Notes under the pieces: generated by a model
Database searches by the model: none
What the model saw: the letters and a program-made list of their open reading frames with translations, nothing else
What the model was told of the DNA's origin: nothing
Part shown: one piece after another, positions 11,171 through 21,937 of the stretch
Position numbering within the stretch: the stretch's first letter is position 1
Layout: every line of letters begins with the position of its first letter
Assembly (NCBI GenBank): GCA_034530875.2
Contig: JAVRCJ020000007.1
Span: 160,001 to 224,000 of the forward strand
DNA length: 64,000 nt
Origin: Nostoc sp. DedSLP01
GTDB lineage: Bacteria; Cyanobacteriota; Cyanobacteriia; Cyanobacteriales; Nostocaceae
Direction: 5' to 3'
Made by a program: the position numbers and the translations under genes

Positions 11171-11881
11171 TTAAAAGCGATAGTTGCGATCGCGTACCCA
11201 CATACTAATCGGTAATGCATTTCCTTGGGGATCGACTTTCGCCTTGACTACGATGGGTGGTACTTGTCCCCTCCTAGCGCGTTGGGCTTGCAAGTCGTTT
11301 CTAATTTGCTGCCGTTGGTTTTCGGAAATGTAATATGTTTCTAAGCCGTAGTTGACGGAACCATCTTCATAGACGCCTCTTAAGGCTACTTGATTAGCTC
11401 TAAGGGAAATGGGGCGTTCGCTACTGACTCGTATTGGTCTCCAAGCTCTAGGAACGCCACGATTAGAAGATACTTGCTCTTGTAAAGTTACGTAGATTGT
11501 GGTTCCTTCAGGCAATCTTCTGCCACTTCCACGGCCTTTGCTGACTATGGTTTGCCAACCAGGTAGTCTGCTCAAATTAGCAGTCCGGGAAATGTTGTAA
11601 TCTAATGCTAGGCTATTTCCTTGTAGTACATCATTAGGATTTACAGGCACGGTTTGTAAAATCACCGTCTTGCCTGTCATGTCTGTGTAAAGCGCTTGGG
11701 CTGGCACTGCCATAATTAGCCCTGTTTGCACCGCCAATGGTGCTAGCAACCGCCATACAGGTAAGGGCTTATTTGCTTTTTGTTCGGTAGCAATCAAGTA
11801 ATCCCGAAAAGTCACTTTGTTGGAAAATTCAGCTTCGGGAGACAAGGATTTATTTTTAGATTCAGAGGAATTACTGGTCAT
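11171..11881 (-). CDS. GDYXXLXY domain membrane-anchored protein
   Basis: GKTVILQTVPVNPNDVLQGNSLALDY and YGLETYY; lies next to a DUF2157 gene, the usual partner. Confidence 0.8.
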   Translation of the reverse strand: MTSNSSESKNKSLSPEAEFSNKVTFRDYLIATEQKANKPLPVWRLLAPLAVQTGLIMAVPAQALYTDMTGKTVILQTVPVNPNDVLQGNSLALDYNISRTANLSRLPGWQTIVSKGRGSGRRLPEGTTIYVTLQEQVSSNRGVPRAWRPIRVSSERPISLRANQVALRGVYEDGSVNYGLETYYISENQRQQIRNDLQAQRARRGQVPPIVVKAKVDPQGNALPISMWVRDRNYRF

Positions 11882-12050
11882 GAGCGTAGTCCTAAAAAGC
11901 AGGGAGTAATGAAGAGGACAAAATTAACGAAATTAGGACTGACGCAGAGAAACTTTAACAATTTTAGGTTTTGGATTTTGGATTTTGGATTGAAGAAAAA
12001 ATCTCAAATCCATAATTTATCCTGAATTCTGAATTCTGAATTCTTTCACA

Positions 12051-13472
12051 CTACTTTTGACTTGTAGACTTAGATCCACCAGTTTGGCGGCGTTCAAACC
12101 AAAGTCCAGCACTAATTAAAGCTGAACCGCACAAAACAAAGACTAGAGACTTAAAAAGTAAGTCGGTATCATACTCTTGTACCCGACTGATAATTTGGAG
12201 TGTTAATAACAGCATACCTCCCCAAAAGGAACCTCTGTTGTTTAATTTCAACCCTTCTTGAATTAGTCCCCAGGCTAATATTGCTAGAAGTATATTGAAA
12301 ATAAAAATCCCAAGTTCATCAATCCGGCTGATAGTTTGATGCCAAAAAGGCACTAAGGCAATAAAGACAAGAAAAGTAGTAATGACAGCGGTCGTAAAAA
12401 TCACTTCGCGGCGCGGAGGATTATTTCTTTGACGCAGTAGAAACAACCATTGCAACACCGCCAAGCCGCTGAGAATTCCCAAATCGATTATCGGCAAAGA
12501 CTCGAACAAGTTTGTCAAATTCGTTGGCTGATTATAGCTATAATCAGGAGATTCCCAGACCCAACGAAAAGACAGGACATAGAAGACAAGGCCAAAGCTT
12601 ACCAAACCTAAATTACGAGCCAGGGATTGAAACAACCTGTAATTTATGGTTGGAAACAGCAAGTCATCATAACTCCAGAATAATGCAGGTGGGAGTGCAA
12701 AAGCAAAAGATGCCACCCAAGGGGCTATATCAGCATAATTTAGGAGTGGGAGAGGATTGAGGTTGGCTTGTAAGGAACTAGCAAACACAAAGGCTGCTAG
12801 AACAAAAATCCAACGCGATCGACAGAAGTAAGCTAAAGGCACAAACACCAGCCATGCCAATAGGGGCATGTGCTGCACTACTAGCCGCGACCAAACTACT
12901 TCACTTGAAGGGTACCACAAATCTTCTAGTCCCGTCCAATAGCCGATTTCCACAAGGACAATTGATAAAATTCCTAAGGAATTTAAGAACAGACTATAGG
13001 CCATGACTGCAACACCAAAGCCCCAAGCGAGAAATAATTGCGAAATGGAACCGCTAATATTGAACATCTGCGCCATGAGCAATAGATTTGCACCTAAAAT
13101 AAAAGCACTCAAAATTAGCAAACCCTCTCCCAGTAGACGTTTGCTTTTTTGAATTTTTTTTCCTTCAGGTTGTTTCCAACTGTAAAAACCAGTAATAGCC
13201 GTTGCAAAAAACAAACTCATGAGTAGAATGAATTTAACTTCTCGCGAGCCTGATTGCCAATTTGCTGCTACAAAGGTAATTATGCCTAAGCATAAAAGGA
13301 CGCTGCCGATCGCAACCACCATTGCAATAAAGCGATCGCGTGCAGCAGCTTCCAGGTTTTTAAATTGGTAACGTTCTGCTATTTGTTCGTACTGCGAAGA
13401 ACTTATTATTCCTTCATCCCTCCATATTTGTGCTTCTTTGCGTAATTTTTGCCCAAAATTATCTAAGAACAT
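12051..13472 (-). CDS. DUF2157 domain multi-pass membrane protein
   Basis: W..EGIIS..Q...I...Y N-terminus, GIITFVAANW, many TM helices; GGAGAAGG upstream of ATG 13472. Confidence 0.85.
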   Translation of the reverse strand: MFLDNFGQKLRKEAQIWRDEGIISSSQYEQIAERYQFKNLEAAARDRFIAMVVAIGSVLLCLGIITFVAANWQSGSREVKFILLMSLFFATAITGFYSWKQPEGKKIQKSKRLLGEGLLILSAFILGANLLLMAQMFNISGSISQLFLAWGFGVAVMAYSLFLNSLGILSIVLVEIGYWTGLEDLWYPSSEVVWSRLVVQHMPLLAWLVFVPLAYFCRSRWIFVLAAFVFASSLQANLNPLPLLNYADIAPWVASFAFALPPALFWSYDDLLFPTINYRLFQSLARNLGLVSFGLVFYVLSFRWVWESPDYSYNQPTNLTNLFESLPIIDLGILSGLAVLQWLFLLRQRNNPPRREVIFTTAVITTFLVFIALVPFWHQTISRIDELGIFIFNILLAILAWGLIQEGLKLNNRGSFWGGMLLLTLQIISRVQEYDTDLLFKSLVFVLCGSALISAGLWFERRQTGGSKSTSQK

Positions 13473-13659
13473 GACCTTCTCCGGTGCAGTGGGGTAGCTT
13501 GGCCATTGCATTCCCAATGGCGGTCATTATATTTTGAGTATGAAGCCAAAAGCCTTAATTACACTGTTCTTATGTAACAGTTTTACTTGTATTCTGATAC
13601 AACGAAATTAGTAAAAATTCAGAATTCATAATTTTAACCATAATTTTTGATATATCTAT

Positions 13660-14625
13660 ATGGAAAAACCTTCTAATTTATTACTTAAACTATCGCGGCG
13701 TTTGTTCGCTAATCTCGAAGAACAAGAAAATTTTATTCAGGCATTAATAAATCCTCAGCCGTTTTCATCTAGCATTCTTTGGTGCCATGAAAAACCTGAA
13801 AATTTGCCTTTTACAGTAGAAACACCAACTTATTGGCAACCGCAATTTATAGACCGTTTACGTTTGGGAGAAAAACCTGGTCAACATTCCCTCCACGAAC
13901 AAGGATATTTTTATTGTTTGGATTTTTCTTCGGTATTTGCAGCTTCTACTTTGTTAACAATTCTTCAGGCAGTAAATTTAGTTTTTGATATGTGCGCTGC
14001 ACCGGGAGGAAAAAGTATTTTTGCTTGGAAAGCTTTGCAACCGCAGCTACTCATTAGTAATGAAGTAATTGGCAAACGTCTAGGAATGCTAATTTCTAAT
14101 TTGAAGCGTTGCCATGTTAGCCCTAGTGCTGTAGTTAATAGAGATTCGAGTATATTTGCTCAAATGATTTCATGTTCGAGCGATTTGGTAATCGTAGATG
14201 CTCCTTGTACCGGGCAATCTCTACTTGCTAAAGGGGAAAAAGCACTCGGTTGTTTTCATCCAACTGCTATTAATAAAAGTGCAAATCGTCAAAAACGTAT
14301 TATAGCTAATTCTGCCAAAATTGTTTCACCACAAGGATATCTTGCTTACATGACTTGCACCTATTCACCAGAAGAAAACGAGCAAGTTTGTGAATGGTTT
14401 TTAGAACGTTTTCCTCATTTTCAAGCCATAGAAGTGAGCCATTTAACAAAATATCAATCGCATTTAACTACGATGCCTTGTTATCGGATGTTTCCTCAAG
14501 ATAGGTTAGGATCTGGTGCGTTTACAATACTATTTAAAAATACTGATGAAGGTGAGAGGCAGGAAATTAATTTAGATACAATGTCTTCACTATATATAGC
14601 AATGGACAGGACTATTAGGACGTAA
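13660..14625 (+). CDS. RsmB/RsmF (NOL1/NOP2) family RNA m5C methyltransferase
   Basis: DMCAAPGGKS, VDAPCTG, YMTCTYSPEENE. Confidence 0.9.
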   Translation: MEKPSNLLLKLSRRLFANLEEQENFIQALINPQPFSSSILWCHEKPENLPFTVETPTYWQPQFIDRLRLGEKPGQHSLHEQGYFYCLDFSSVFAASTLLTILQAVNLVFDMCAAPGGKSIFAWKALQPQLLISNEVIGKRLGMLISNLKRCHVSPSAVVNRDSSIFAQMISCSSDLVIVDAPCTGQSLLAKGEKALGCFHPTAINKSANRQKRIIANSAKIVSPQGYLAYMTCTYSPEENEQVCEWFLERFPHFQAIEVSHLTKYQSHLTTMPCYRMFPQDRLGSGAFTILFKNTDEGERQEINLDTMSSLYIAMDRTIRT

Positions 14626-14641
14626 TTTCCAATCTGGGTAA

Positions 14642-17173
14642 TTATGTCAAAATTGCCCCACCCATCAACCTTTCATACCGATACTTCAATTCTTCTTTCA
14701 TCAAATACCAACGCTCTAAAGTCACATCCATCTCTATAATTTTCTCCGCAGCTTGGCGCGCTAAAAGTAAAACTTCTTCATCTTCCACTAAACTCGCTAA
14801 AGTAAAATCTGGCACCCCAGATTGACGAGTTCCCAGTACTTGCCCCGGGCCGCGAAAACGCATATCCATTTCAGAAATGAAGAAACCATCCTGAGACTGT
14901 TCTAGCACCCTCAGCCGTTGTTGAGCGTCAGGATTCCTAGAACTGCTCATCAACAAACAGTAAGACTGAGCCGCACCGCGACCAACGCGCCCCCGTAGTT
15001 GGTGCAGTTGCGATAAACCAAATCGCTCTGCATTTTCAATGAGCATGACTGTAGCGTTAGGTACGTCTACCCCCACTTCTACTACTGTTGTTGAGACTAA
15101 AATGTGTGTTTCGCGATCGCGGAATTTAGTAATAGCTTCGTCCTTTTCCACCGAACTCATGCGACCGTGCAGCAGCCCCACCTGAAAATCTGGAAAAACG
15201 CTCTCTTGTAACTTTTGATGCTCGTCAACAGCCGATCGCAAATCTAATTTTTCTGATTCTTCCACCAACGGCAGCACCACATAAACTTGTCTTCCTTGGA
15301 CAATTTCTCGCCGCATCAGGTCGTAGGCATGGTTGCGTTGCTGACCTGATAATACTGTTGTCTGAATCTTTTGCCGCCCTGGTGGTAACTCATCAATTTG
15401 GCTGACATCTAAATCTCCGTGTATCGTTAGTGCTAGCGTTCGCGGAATCGGAGTCGCTGTCATAGTTAACACATGGGGTTGCTCGCCTTTTTGCTGTAAA
15501 CGCGCTCGTTGTTCTACCCCAAAACGATGCTGTTCGTCAATCACTACTAAGCCTAAGTGCTGAAAATTTACCGGGTCTTGAATTAAAGCATGAGTTCCCA
15601 CTAATAGCGGCAGTTCCCCTGTTTCTAACTGAGAATGTATTTGTCTGCGTTTTGCAACTTTAGTGGAACCAGTCAGTAATTCTACTGGTAAATGCAGCAG
15701 GTTAAACCAACTAACTAACTTGCGATAATGCTGTTCTGCCAAAACTTCTGTGGGAGCCATCAGCGCGGCTTGGTAACCGGATTGAATTGCTGCAAGGATA
15801 GCCAGCACCGCAACAACTGTTTTACCAGAACCAACATCGCCTTGCACCAAACGATTCATGGGTGCAGGTTTTTGTAAGTCGTTGAGGATATCGTTAATAA
15901 CTCGTTGCTGCGCGCCAGTGAGTTTAAAAGGCAGTATTTCGTAGAACTTCTCTATAAGTTGACCGCGTGGCGCGAGGACGGCAGCTTTTTGAATTGCTTT
16001 TGCTTGTTGTTGGCGTTGCAGCAAACCAAGTTGCAGGTAGAAAAATTCGTCAAAGACTAGGCGACGCCGAGCAACTTGCAGAATTTCGCCATCTTTGGGA
16101 AAGTGGATATTGGCGATCGCATCTTTCAATTCCATCAAAGCATACTTCTGCCGCAAACCACTTGGTAGAGGGTCTTTCAGGAGAGCCGCAGCAGGCAAAG
16201 CAGCAATTACCGCTTGTCGCACCGCATTCGCCACCACTCCCTCAGTCAATGCATAAATTGGCACCACGCGTCCAATATTCAGCGACTCAATGGCATCTCC
16301 TGGATTTGCCAAAACCTCTAATTCTGGATTATCCAGCGTCAGACCGTATTTACTTTCTTTAACCAACCCACATGCTGCAATAATACTACCTACGGGATAG
16401 CGGCGTTTTAAACTTTCTTGCCAACCGCGACTACTGTAGCGCGTACCTGCGTAAAAACGCCCAATTTTAATTTGACCGCTGTTATCTTTTACTAACAGTT
16501 CTAAAATTGATAATTTCTGATTTTTCGGGCTAGTAAAACAGTTACAGCGCTTCACCGTCGCCACTATTGTCACCGTCTCACCCGCTTGTAACTCGCGGAT
16601 ATTCACCTGACGCGCGTAGTCAATGTGGTCGCGGGGATAATAAAACAGCAAATCGCGGACGGTATATAAACCAAGACGCGCTAAATTATCAGCTCTTTTA
16701 AAGCCGATTTCCGGCAAATCGCTGAGTTTTTGGTCAATCCTCGGAGCCAGCCTCCGACTCACCTCAGCAACAATTGGAGTGGTTGGATTTTGAGTTTTGG
16801 ATTGATAACTTCTCCCCTGCTCTCCTGCTCCCCTGCTCCCTCCGAAGTTCCGGTCGGAGGAAGCCTCCGCTCGGACTTCTCTCTGCTCCCCTCCCTCTTC
16901 CCCCTGCTGTAGCTGGTAAAGATACCTACGAGTCTCTGCTACTAAATGTTGTCTTTCTTCCAATGCTAGATGTGGATAACTAGCAAATTGCACCGCTAGC
17001 CCTTGCCAACGCCGACGCTCGCTTTGGGGTATACCTCCGGGAAATTTCCCCAAAGTCAAGCTGAGGAATTCGCTAAAGCGATATTGTCTGCCCATCAAAT
17101 CTGAGAAACCATGTTCGGCTTCTACTGCTAAGGCTTTTTGCAATCTGATCCAATCTGGTTTCTCATTACTCAT
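14642..17173 (-). CDS. recG: ATP-dependent DNA helicase RecG
   Basis: QGDVGSGKT, DEQHRFG, TATPIPRTL, QLRGRVGRG, RGPG. Confidence 0.97.
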   Translation of the reverse strand: MSNEKPDWIRLQKALAVEAEHGFSDLMGRQYRFSEFLSLTLGKFPGGIPQSERRRWQGLAVQFASYPHLALEERQHLVAETRRYLYQLQQGEEGGEQREVRAEASSDRNFGGSRGAGEQGRSYQSKTQNPTTPIVAEVSRRLAPRIDQKLSDLPEIGFKRADNLARLGLYTVRDLLFYYPRDHIDYARQVNIRELQAGETVTIVATVKRCNCFTSPKNQKLSILELLVKDNSGQIKIGRFYAGTRYSSRGWQESLKRRYPVGSIIAACGLVKESKYGLTLDNPELEVLANPGDAIESLNIGRVVPIYALTEGVVANAVRQAVIAALPAAALLKDPLPSGLRQKYALMELKDAIANIHFPKDGEILQVARRRLVFDEFFYLQLGLLQRQQQAKAIQKAAVLAPRGQLIEKFYEILPFKLTGAQQRVINDILNDLQKPAPMNRLVQGDVGSGKTVVAVLAILAAIQSGYQAALMAPTEVLAEQHYRKLVSWFNLLHLPVELLTGSTKVAKRRQIHSQLETGELPLLVGTHALIQDPVNFQHLGLVVIDEQHRFGVEQRARLQQKGEQPHVLTMTATPIPRTLALTIHGDLDVSQIDELPPGRQKIQTTVLSGQQRNHAYDLMRREIVQGRQVYVVLPLVEESEKLDLRSAVDEHQKLQESVFPDFQVGLLHGRMSSVEKDEAITKFRDRETHILVSTTVVEVGVDVPNATVMLIENAERFGLSQLHQLRGRVGRGAAQSYCLLMSSSRNPDAQQRLRVLEQSQDGFFISEMDMRFRGPGQVLGTRQSGVPDFTLASLVEDEEVLLLARQAAEKIIEMDVTLERWYLMKEELKYRYERLMGGAILT

Positions 17174-17248
17174 TGCTTATTGGGCATGGGGCATAGAGGG
17201 GAGGTGGGGAGATGGGGAGGCAGGGGGAGCAGAGGGGCAGAGGGAGAA

Positions 17249-17297
17249 ATGACTAATGACTAATGACTAATGACTAATGACCAATGACTAATGACTA
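17249..17297. repeat. STRR heptamer tract (ATGACTA)n; other STRR tracts at ~10570-10610, ~29690-29790, ~31680-31740
   Basis: Tandem 7-mers (and related 9-mers) typical of heterocystous cyanobacteria. Confidence 0.85.
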
Positions 17298-18161
17298 ATT
17301 TTCAAACCAACTAGCACGCCAGGCAGCTTCAGCTTCTGCAACTGACTTTTCTCGAAGTTTCTTTTGATAGTCTCGTTCTAGCTTGTTGAGCTGAACTAAG
17401 ATACCGCGGATCTGTCTGCGTTCGGATGAAAGTGTAGGGTCAGCAAATTCAATTTCTCCCAGTCGCAAATTAATAGCCATAATCTGCGTCAGGTTAGAAT
17501 CTTCTGACTGCTGCTCGTTTTCAATTTCAATTATTAAGCTTAATAAGTTGGGCGGCCCTGGCATGACTTCGGCAGATGCTTCTGATGCAGCTGCGGCTGC
17601 GGCAGCTAAAATCGGTTCTGGTAATTTTTGAGGTAATACCCCGGCTTTTTGTAATAAAACATTAGCATCATGGGAAATTTTTTTCAGTATTTCTTGGGTA
17701 ACCTCTTCTAAGTTCTGTTGCCATTTTGCCAGTTCTATAGGGCTAGAAATATCAGGAGTAAAAGGTTCAAAGTTAGAGATGCCAGCAAATACAGCAGATG
17801 GTGAAGATGCTACTTCCTCCTCTGACTCATCTTGCTCATCTTGCTCATCTGGCTTATCTGGCTTATCTGCCTCATTTTTGTCATTTTTAATATAAGTAAT
17901 CAATTGCTCGGCTGTCAGTTGACCTAACTTGCGAATCCCTTGTTGCAATTGCTGGCGCTGATTTAATGACAAACCCAGGAAGTTTTCTGGATACCCTTGA
18001 GTACATAAATGGTAAGTAGCTAGAATCAGCTGTTTTTGTATAGCTAGCCCCAAGGTGGCTAGATAACTAGCATAAGCGGTTTGTAGTTCTAGAGCGATCG
18101 CTCCAATCGCTTCTTTTAGTGCTGCAATATCTCGCTCAATTCGCTCAATTGCTCTTGCCAT
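17295..18161 (-). CDS. Conserved cyanobacterial hypothetical coiled-coil protein
   Basis: 288-aa ORF with YHLCTQGYP motif and C-terminal AEAEAAWRASW; between tsf and recG. Confidence 0.7.
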   Translation of the reverse strand: MARAIERIERDIAALKEAIGAIALELQTAYASYLATLGLAIQKQLILATYHLCTQGYPENFLGLSLNQRQQLQQGIRKLGQLTAEQLITYIKNDKNEADKPDKPDEQDEQDESEEEVASSPSAVFAGISNFEPFTPDISSPIELAKWQQNLEEVTQEILKKISHDANVLLQKAGVLPQKLPEPILAAAAAAASEASAEVMPGPPNLLSLIIEIENEQQSEDSNLTQIMAINLRLGEIEFADPTLSSERRQIRGILVQLNKLERDYQKKLREKSVAEAEAAWRASWFEN

Positions 18162-18382
18162 AACTTCTCGTTCTTACCCATATCAACTATTTCATAGTAC
18201 AAATGCACTTATTTATTTTAGGATAACTTTCCCAGGCATTTTAAATTCTGAATTATAGCAGCAGGCAGGAGGCAGGGGGCAGGAGGTCAAACTATTACCA
18301 TTCCTAACATTCACCCTTGTCATTATGTCCTAATCTATGTGGCTACGGCTATATATGCGAAATTTCGCTGTATTAATAAAAT

Positions 18383-18409
18383 ACAGGTCAGGCTATTGGC
18401 TTGACCTGT
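18383..18409 (-). terminator. Hairpin downstream of tsf
   Basis: ACAGGTCAGGC/GCTTGACCTGT stem followed by TATTTTATT on the minus strand. Confidence 0.6.
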
Positions 18410-18489
18410 CTGGTAAAGGGTCATTGGTCACTTATCCTTTACAAATCACAAAAGACTAATGACAAATGACCAATGACCAATGATTAATA

Positions 18490-19434
18490 TTACTTACCGC
18501 CCATTTGTGCGGCAACTTCTTCAGCAAAGTTACTTTCTTGCTTTTCAATGCCTTCGCCCAGTACATAGCGGACAAAGCGATTTACTTGGACTTCTTCGCC
18601 TACTTGCCCTTTGACTTGCTTCAACAATTCTTCTACAGAAATACTTTGATCGCGAATATAAGGTTGATCTAGCAAAGTCAATTCTTTAAGGCGTTTGTCA
18701 ATTCGTCCCTGAACAATCTTTTCTTTGATGTTATCTGGCTTGTTTGCCAAATCATCTTTGCCCATTTCAATATCTTTTTCTTTTTGGGCGACTTCGGCAG
18801 GAATTTGGTCTAGGCTGACATACTCGACATTGGGGCAAGCTGCAACTTGCATGGCTGCGTTCCGTGCCAAGCTTTGGAACTCTTCTTTAGTAGCAGCTGA
18901 ATCTGTTTGGGAACCCAATTCTACCAATACACCAACTCGACCGCCAGTGTGAATGTAGCTGTCCACCAGACCCTGCGTGCCTTCTGCTAGTGCAAAAGTG
19001 ATAAAACGACGCAGTTGGATGTTTTCGCCAAGCGTCGCAATAGTTTGCTTGATGAATTCATCTACAGTCACGCTGGGATTTTCAATATAGGGTTGAGCTA
19101 ACAAAGATTCAACACTATCAGCGCTCACTGCTTGCTTTGCCAGGTTCTTGACCAAAGCTTTAAAAGCTTCGTTACGAGCCACAAAATCAGTTTGGCAGTT
19201 GACTTCTATGAGTACACCGACCTGACCGCCTGGTTCAATGTAGGTGTCTACTAGACCTTCTGCCGCAATGCGATCGCTTTTTTTACCCGCCGAAGTGATG
19301 CCTTTTTTCCGTAGCCAGTCTGCGGCTTCTTCTATGTTGCCATCAGTTTCTTTCAGCGCTTTTTTGCAGTCCATCATGCCAGCACCAGTTTTTTGGCGTA
19401 GCTCTTGGACGAGTTTTGCAGATATTTCCGCCAT
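18490..19434 (-). CDS. tsf: Translation elongation factor Ts
   Basis: [35 protein letters not shown]. Confidence 0.98.
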   Translation of the reverse strand: MAEISAKLVQELRQKTGAGMMDCKKALKETDGNIEEAADWLRKKGITSAGKKSDRIAAEGLVDTYIEPGGQVGVLIEVNCQTDFVARNEAFKALVKNLAKQAVSADSVESLLAQPYIENPSVTVDEFIKQTIATLGENIQLRRFITFALAEGTQGLVDSYIHTGGRVGVLVELGSQTDSAATKEEFQSLARNAAMQVAACPNVEYVSLDQIPAEVAQKEKDIEMGKDDLANKPDNIKEKIVQGRIDKRLKELTLLDQPYIRDQSISVEELLKQVKGQVGEEVQVNRFVRYVLGEGIEKQESNFAEEVAAQMGGK

Positions 19435-19659
19435 GTTCCCTCAATTCCTAAACTTGACCTCGAATTATAATCGCTCACCTAATTTAGTGCTGAGTCACCG
19501 AAGTTCAAACCAACTTGAGCCGCTGTGACTTTTGGTTTTTTGAGTGTTGAGTTATCAATTTAAAATTGACAACTCACAACTTCAAAAATCAAAACTTAGC
19601 ACTATCCAATTTGCTGGGTATTTCTATCTTACTCAGCAGCTTTACCCAAGCATGAAGCA

Positions 19660-20457
19660 CTATTCTTCATCTTCATCATCATCGGGAACCAGGCTGTCAG
19701 TATAGTCGCTTTCTTCGTAGTCTTCGTCATACTCAGCGCCGTCGTAATCTTCGTAATCTTCTTCGGCATCGAGTTGACCGTGACGACCTTCATAAATGGC
19801 ATCTGCCAATTTTCCGACTATCAGCTTAATCGATCTGATGGCATCGTCGTTGGCGGGGATGGGGATGTCAACTACATCCGGGTCGCAGTTTGTATCCAAC
19901 ATGGACACAATGGGAATGTTGAGCTTTTGGCATTCTTGAACAGCGTTATATTCCCGGCGTTGGTCTACAATCACCACGATATCGGGGACTTTTCGCATTG
20001 TTTTAATGCCACCCAAGTATTTTTGCAGCTTCGCCATTTCCCGACGCAGCATCGACGCTTCTTTTTTCGGCAATAAATCTAATGCACCGCTTTCTTCGCG
20101 CCGTTCCAAATCTTTGAGGCGGTCTACCCGTGTTTTGATAGTTGCCCAGTTGGTCAACATTCCGCCCAACCAGCGTTGGTTAATGTAGTGCGAACCGCAA
20201 CGGCTGGCTTCTTGAGCAATAATTCCAGCAGCTTGCCGCTTAGTGCCGACGAAAAGAAATTTCTTTCCTTGCTCTGCTTGGGTTCGCATATAACTATAAG
20301 CGTCTTCCATCAACTGGGCAGTCTGTACCAAGTCGATGATATGTACGCCATTACGGGAAGTGTAAATGTAAGGAGACATTTTTGGGTTCCAGCGGCGGGT
20401 CTGATGCCCAAAGTGAACCCCTGACTCCATCATTTGAGCCAATGAAACAACTGGCAT
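19660..20457 (-). CDS. rpsB: 30S ribosomal protein S2
   Basis: [33 protein letters not shown]; true start MPVVSL at 20457. Confidence 0.98.
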   Translation of the reverse strand: MPVVSLAQMMESGVHFGHQTRRWNPKMSPYIYTSRNGVHIIDLVQTAQLMEDAYSYMRTQAEQGKKFLFVGTKRQAAGIIAQEASRCGSHYINQRWLGGMLTNWATIKTRVDRLKDLERREESGALDLLPKKEASMLRREMAKLQKYLGGIKTMRKVPDIVVIVDQRREYNAVQECQKLNIPIVSMLDTNCDPDVVDIPIPANDDAIRSIKLIVGKLADAIYEGRHGQLDAEEDYEDYDGAEYDEDYEESDYTDSLVPDDDEDEE

Positions 20458-20459
20458 AT

Positions 20460-20542
20460 ATTTTTTAACTCCGATTCGGGTTAAACCTCCATCCAAGCGT
20501 ATTTCCCAATCGGGAAACACCCGAATTCTTAGATGTGCGAGA
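20460..20542 (-). promoter_or_regulatory. Structured rpsB 5' leader (probable S2 autoregulatory element)
   Basis: ATTCGGGT...ACCCGAAT outer stem, TTCCC/GGGAA inner hairpin, GGGTGT and TGGAGG motifs typical of rpsB leaders. Confidence 0.65.
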
Positions 20543-20656
20543 TTAGTTAACCATACTAGGTTAGCATATTGGGGAAAGTTAGGGGAAAGGGCAAAAGGGG
20601 GAAAGGGAAAAGGTAGGTTTATTCCCTTTGCCCTTTCCCCTTTTCCCCTTGCCCAA

Positions 20657-21706
20657 TTATGCAAACTCGATAGTCTCAACAAACTCTAAAATATTCTCTT
20701 TGATATATTCGGCTTCTTCTTCAATTGAATCGGGAATTTCGCCATTAAGAAAGCTGTGCTGGCTGCTGACTATGTACAAAAATTCACCATTGATAAAGGT
20801 CAGTAGCCCTCTATATGCATCTAATCTGACGGCAGTTCCGTTATTTTCTTGCTTGGAAATTGTCGAACCTTTGGGCATATCAACTAATACGTAGTAAGCC
20901 CCTTCTAAAGTGTCTTCTAAATATTCAGTATATTCTATAGAAGCATCTGGTACATTTGCCAAAATTGCTTGGGGTACATATTTTTCTACTAAGATTGATT
21001 GTAAATATTTTTGCTGTCCAACGGACTCTAGTTCCTCTAACTCTTCTGCGGGGAAAGGATAATAATCAATTCTTAGCAAAGTACCCAGATCGTCGGAAAA
21101 CCCGACTACTCCTTCTTGACTTTGAATTCTACCGCCGTTTTCGGGATCGACTGGAACCGATACTGTAAAATTCCTTAAGGGCGATTGATAGATCTGTTGA
21201 GTATATTCATCTATTACTACTGTTTCATCTTCGTCATCGTCATCATATTCTTCTTCTGCTTCTTCAAAGGCTGCAATTACCTCTTTAATAATTTCCTCTG
21301 CTTCTTCATCTTCGAGTTCCAAAGCTGTTTGTAGCTTTTTGAGGTAGCCTTGTTTGGCTTTAGGAATGGCGAGTTCATCGTCTAAAAGCACTATCACGCC
21401 GGCGGCGAAACCATCAAGTACTAATTCATCGGAGAGAGAAATTTTAGCAGTATTAAATAAGGCGCCGAGTCCTTCGTCTTCTGCAATACCAATTAGTCTA
21501 TCGACGATTTCGACAATTTCATCTTCTGAGTATTCCTCAAAAACCTCGAACTCCCAAAGAATACCTGCTAAACTTTCTGCATCTACATCTTCAACTGATA
21601 AATCGGCGATCGCTGTGACAGTTGCGATCGCAGCTACAGCTTCCTCTGGACTTAGCGATTCTTCTGATGTCTCGGATGAATTAAAAATCTTATCATATTT
21701 GCTCAT
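20657..21706 (-). CDS. Very acidic protein with TerB-like N-terminal domain
   Basis: [15 protein letters not shown].. helical N-terminus resembling cyanobacterial TerB-family proteins; unknown C-terminal domain. Confidence 0.6.
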   Translation of the reverse strand: MSKYDKIFNSSETSEESLSPEEAVAAIATVTAIADLSVEDVDAESLAGILWEFEVFEEYSEDEIVEIVDRLIGIAEDEGLGALFNTAKISLSDELVLDGFAAGVIVLLDDELAIPKAKQGYLKKLQTALELEDEEAEEIIKEVIAAFEEAEEEYDDDDEDETVVIDEYTQQIYQSPLRNFTVSVPVDPENGGRIQSQEGVVGFSDDLGTLLRIDYYPFPAEELEELESVGQQKYLQSILVEKYVPQAILANVPDASIEYTEYLEDTLEGAYYVLVDMPKGSTISKQENNGTAVRLDAYRGLLTFINGEFLYIVSSQHSFLNGEIPDSIEEEAEYIKENILEFVETIEFA

Positions 21707-21937
21707 AATTTTTACCAGGATCGATTGCTTTATAGTAATAAAAGCTTGGAAGTGACAATGGTCAGTTTAGCAATGGAATGAATCTGCAAAATAAAAATTT
21801 TTGTCATACCTGGATTAGACCAATTTGGTATTTGAGATTTGAGATTAAAAGCCTTTACCAAAAGGCTGTTTGGTAGAATTTCAACAAAGGCGATCGCAAA
21901 AAAATCCCACTACCAAGGATGAAAAATATTTCCTCCC

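Noticed and set aside
19660..20682. 340-aa extended RpsB from the ORF track
   Set aside because: The extension runs through STRR repeats and the structured leader; S2 homology starts at ATG 20457
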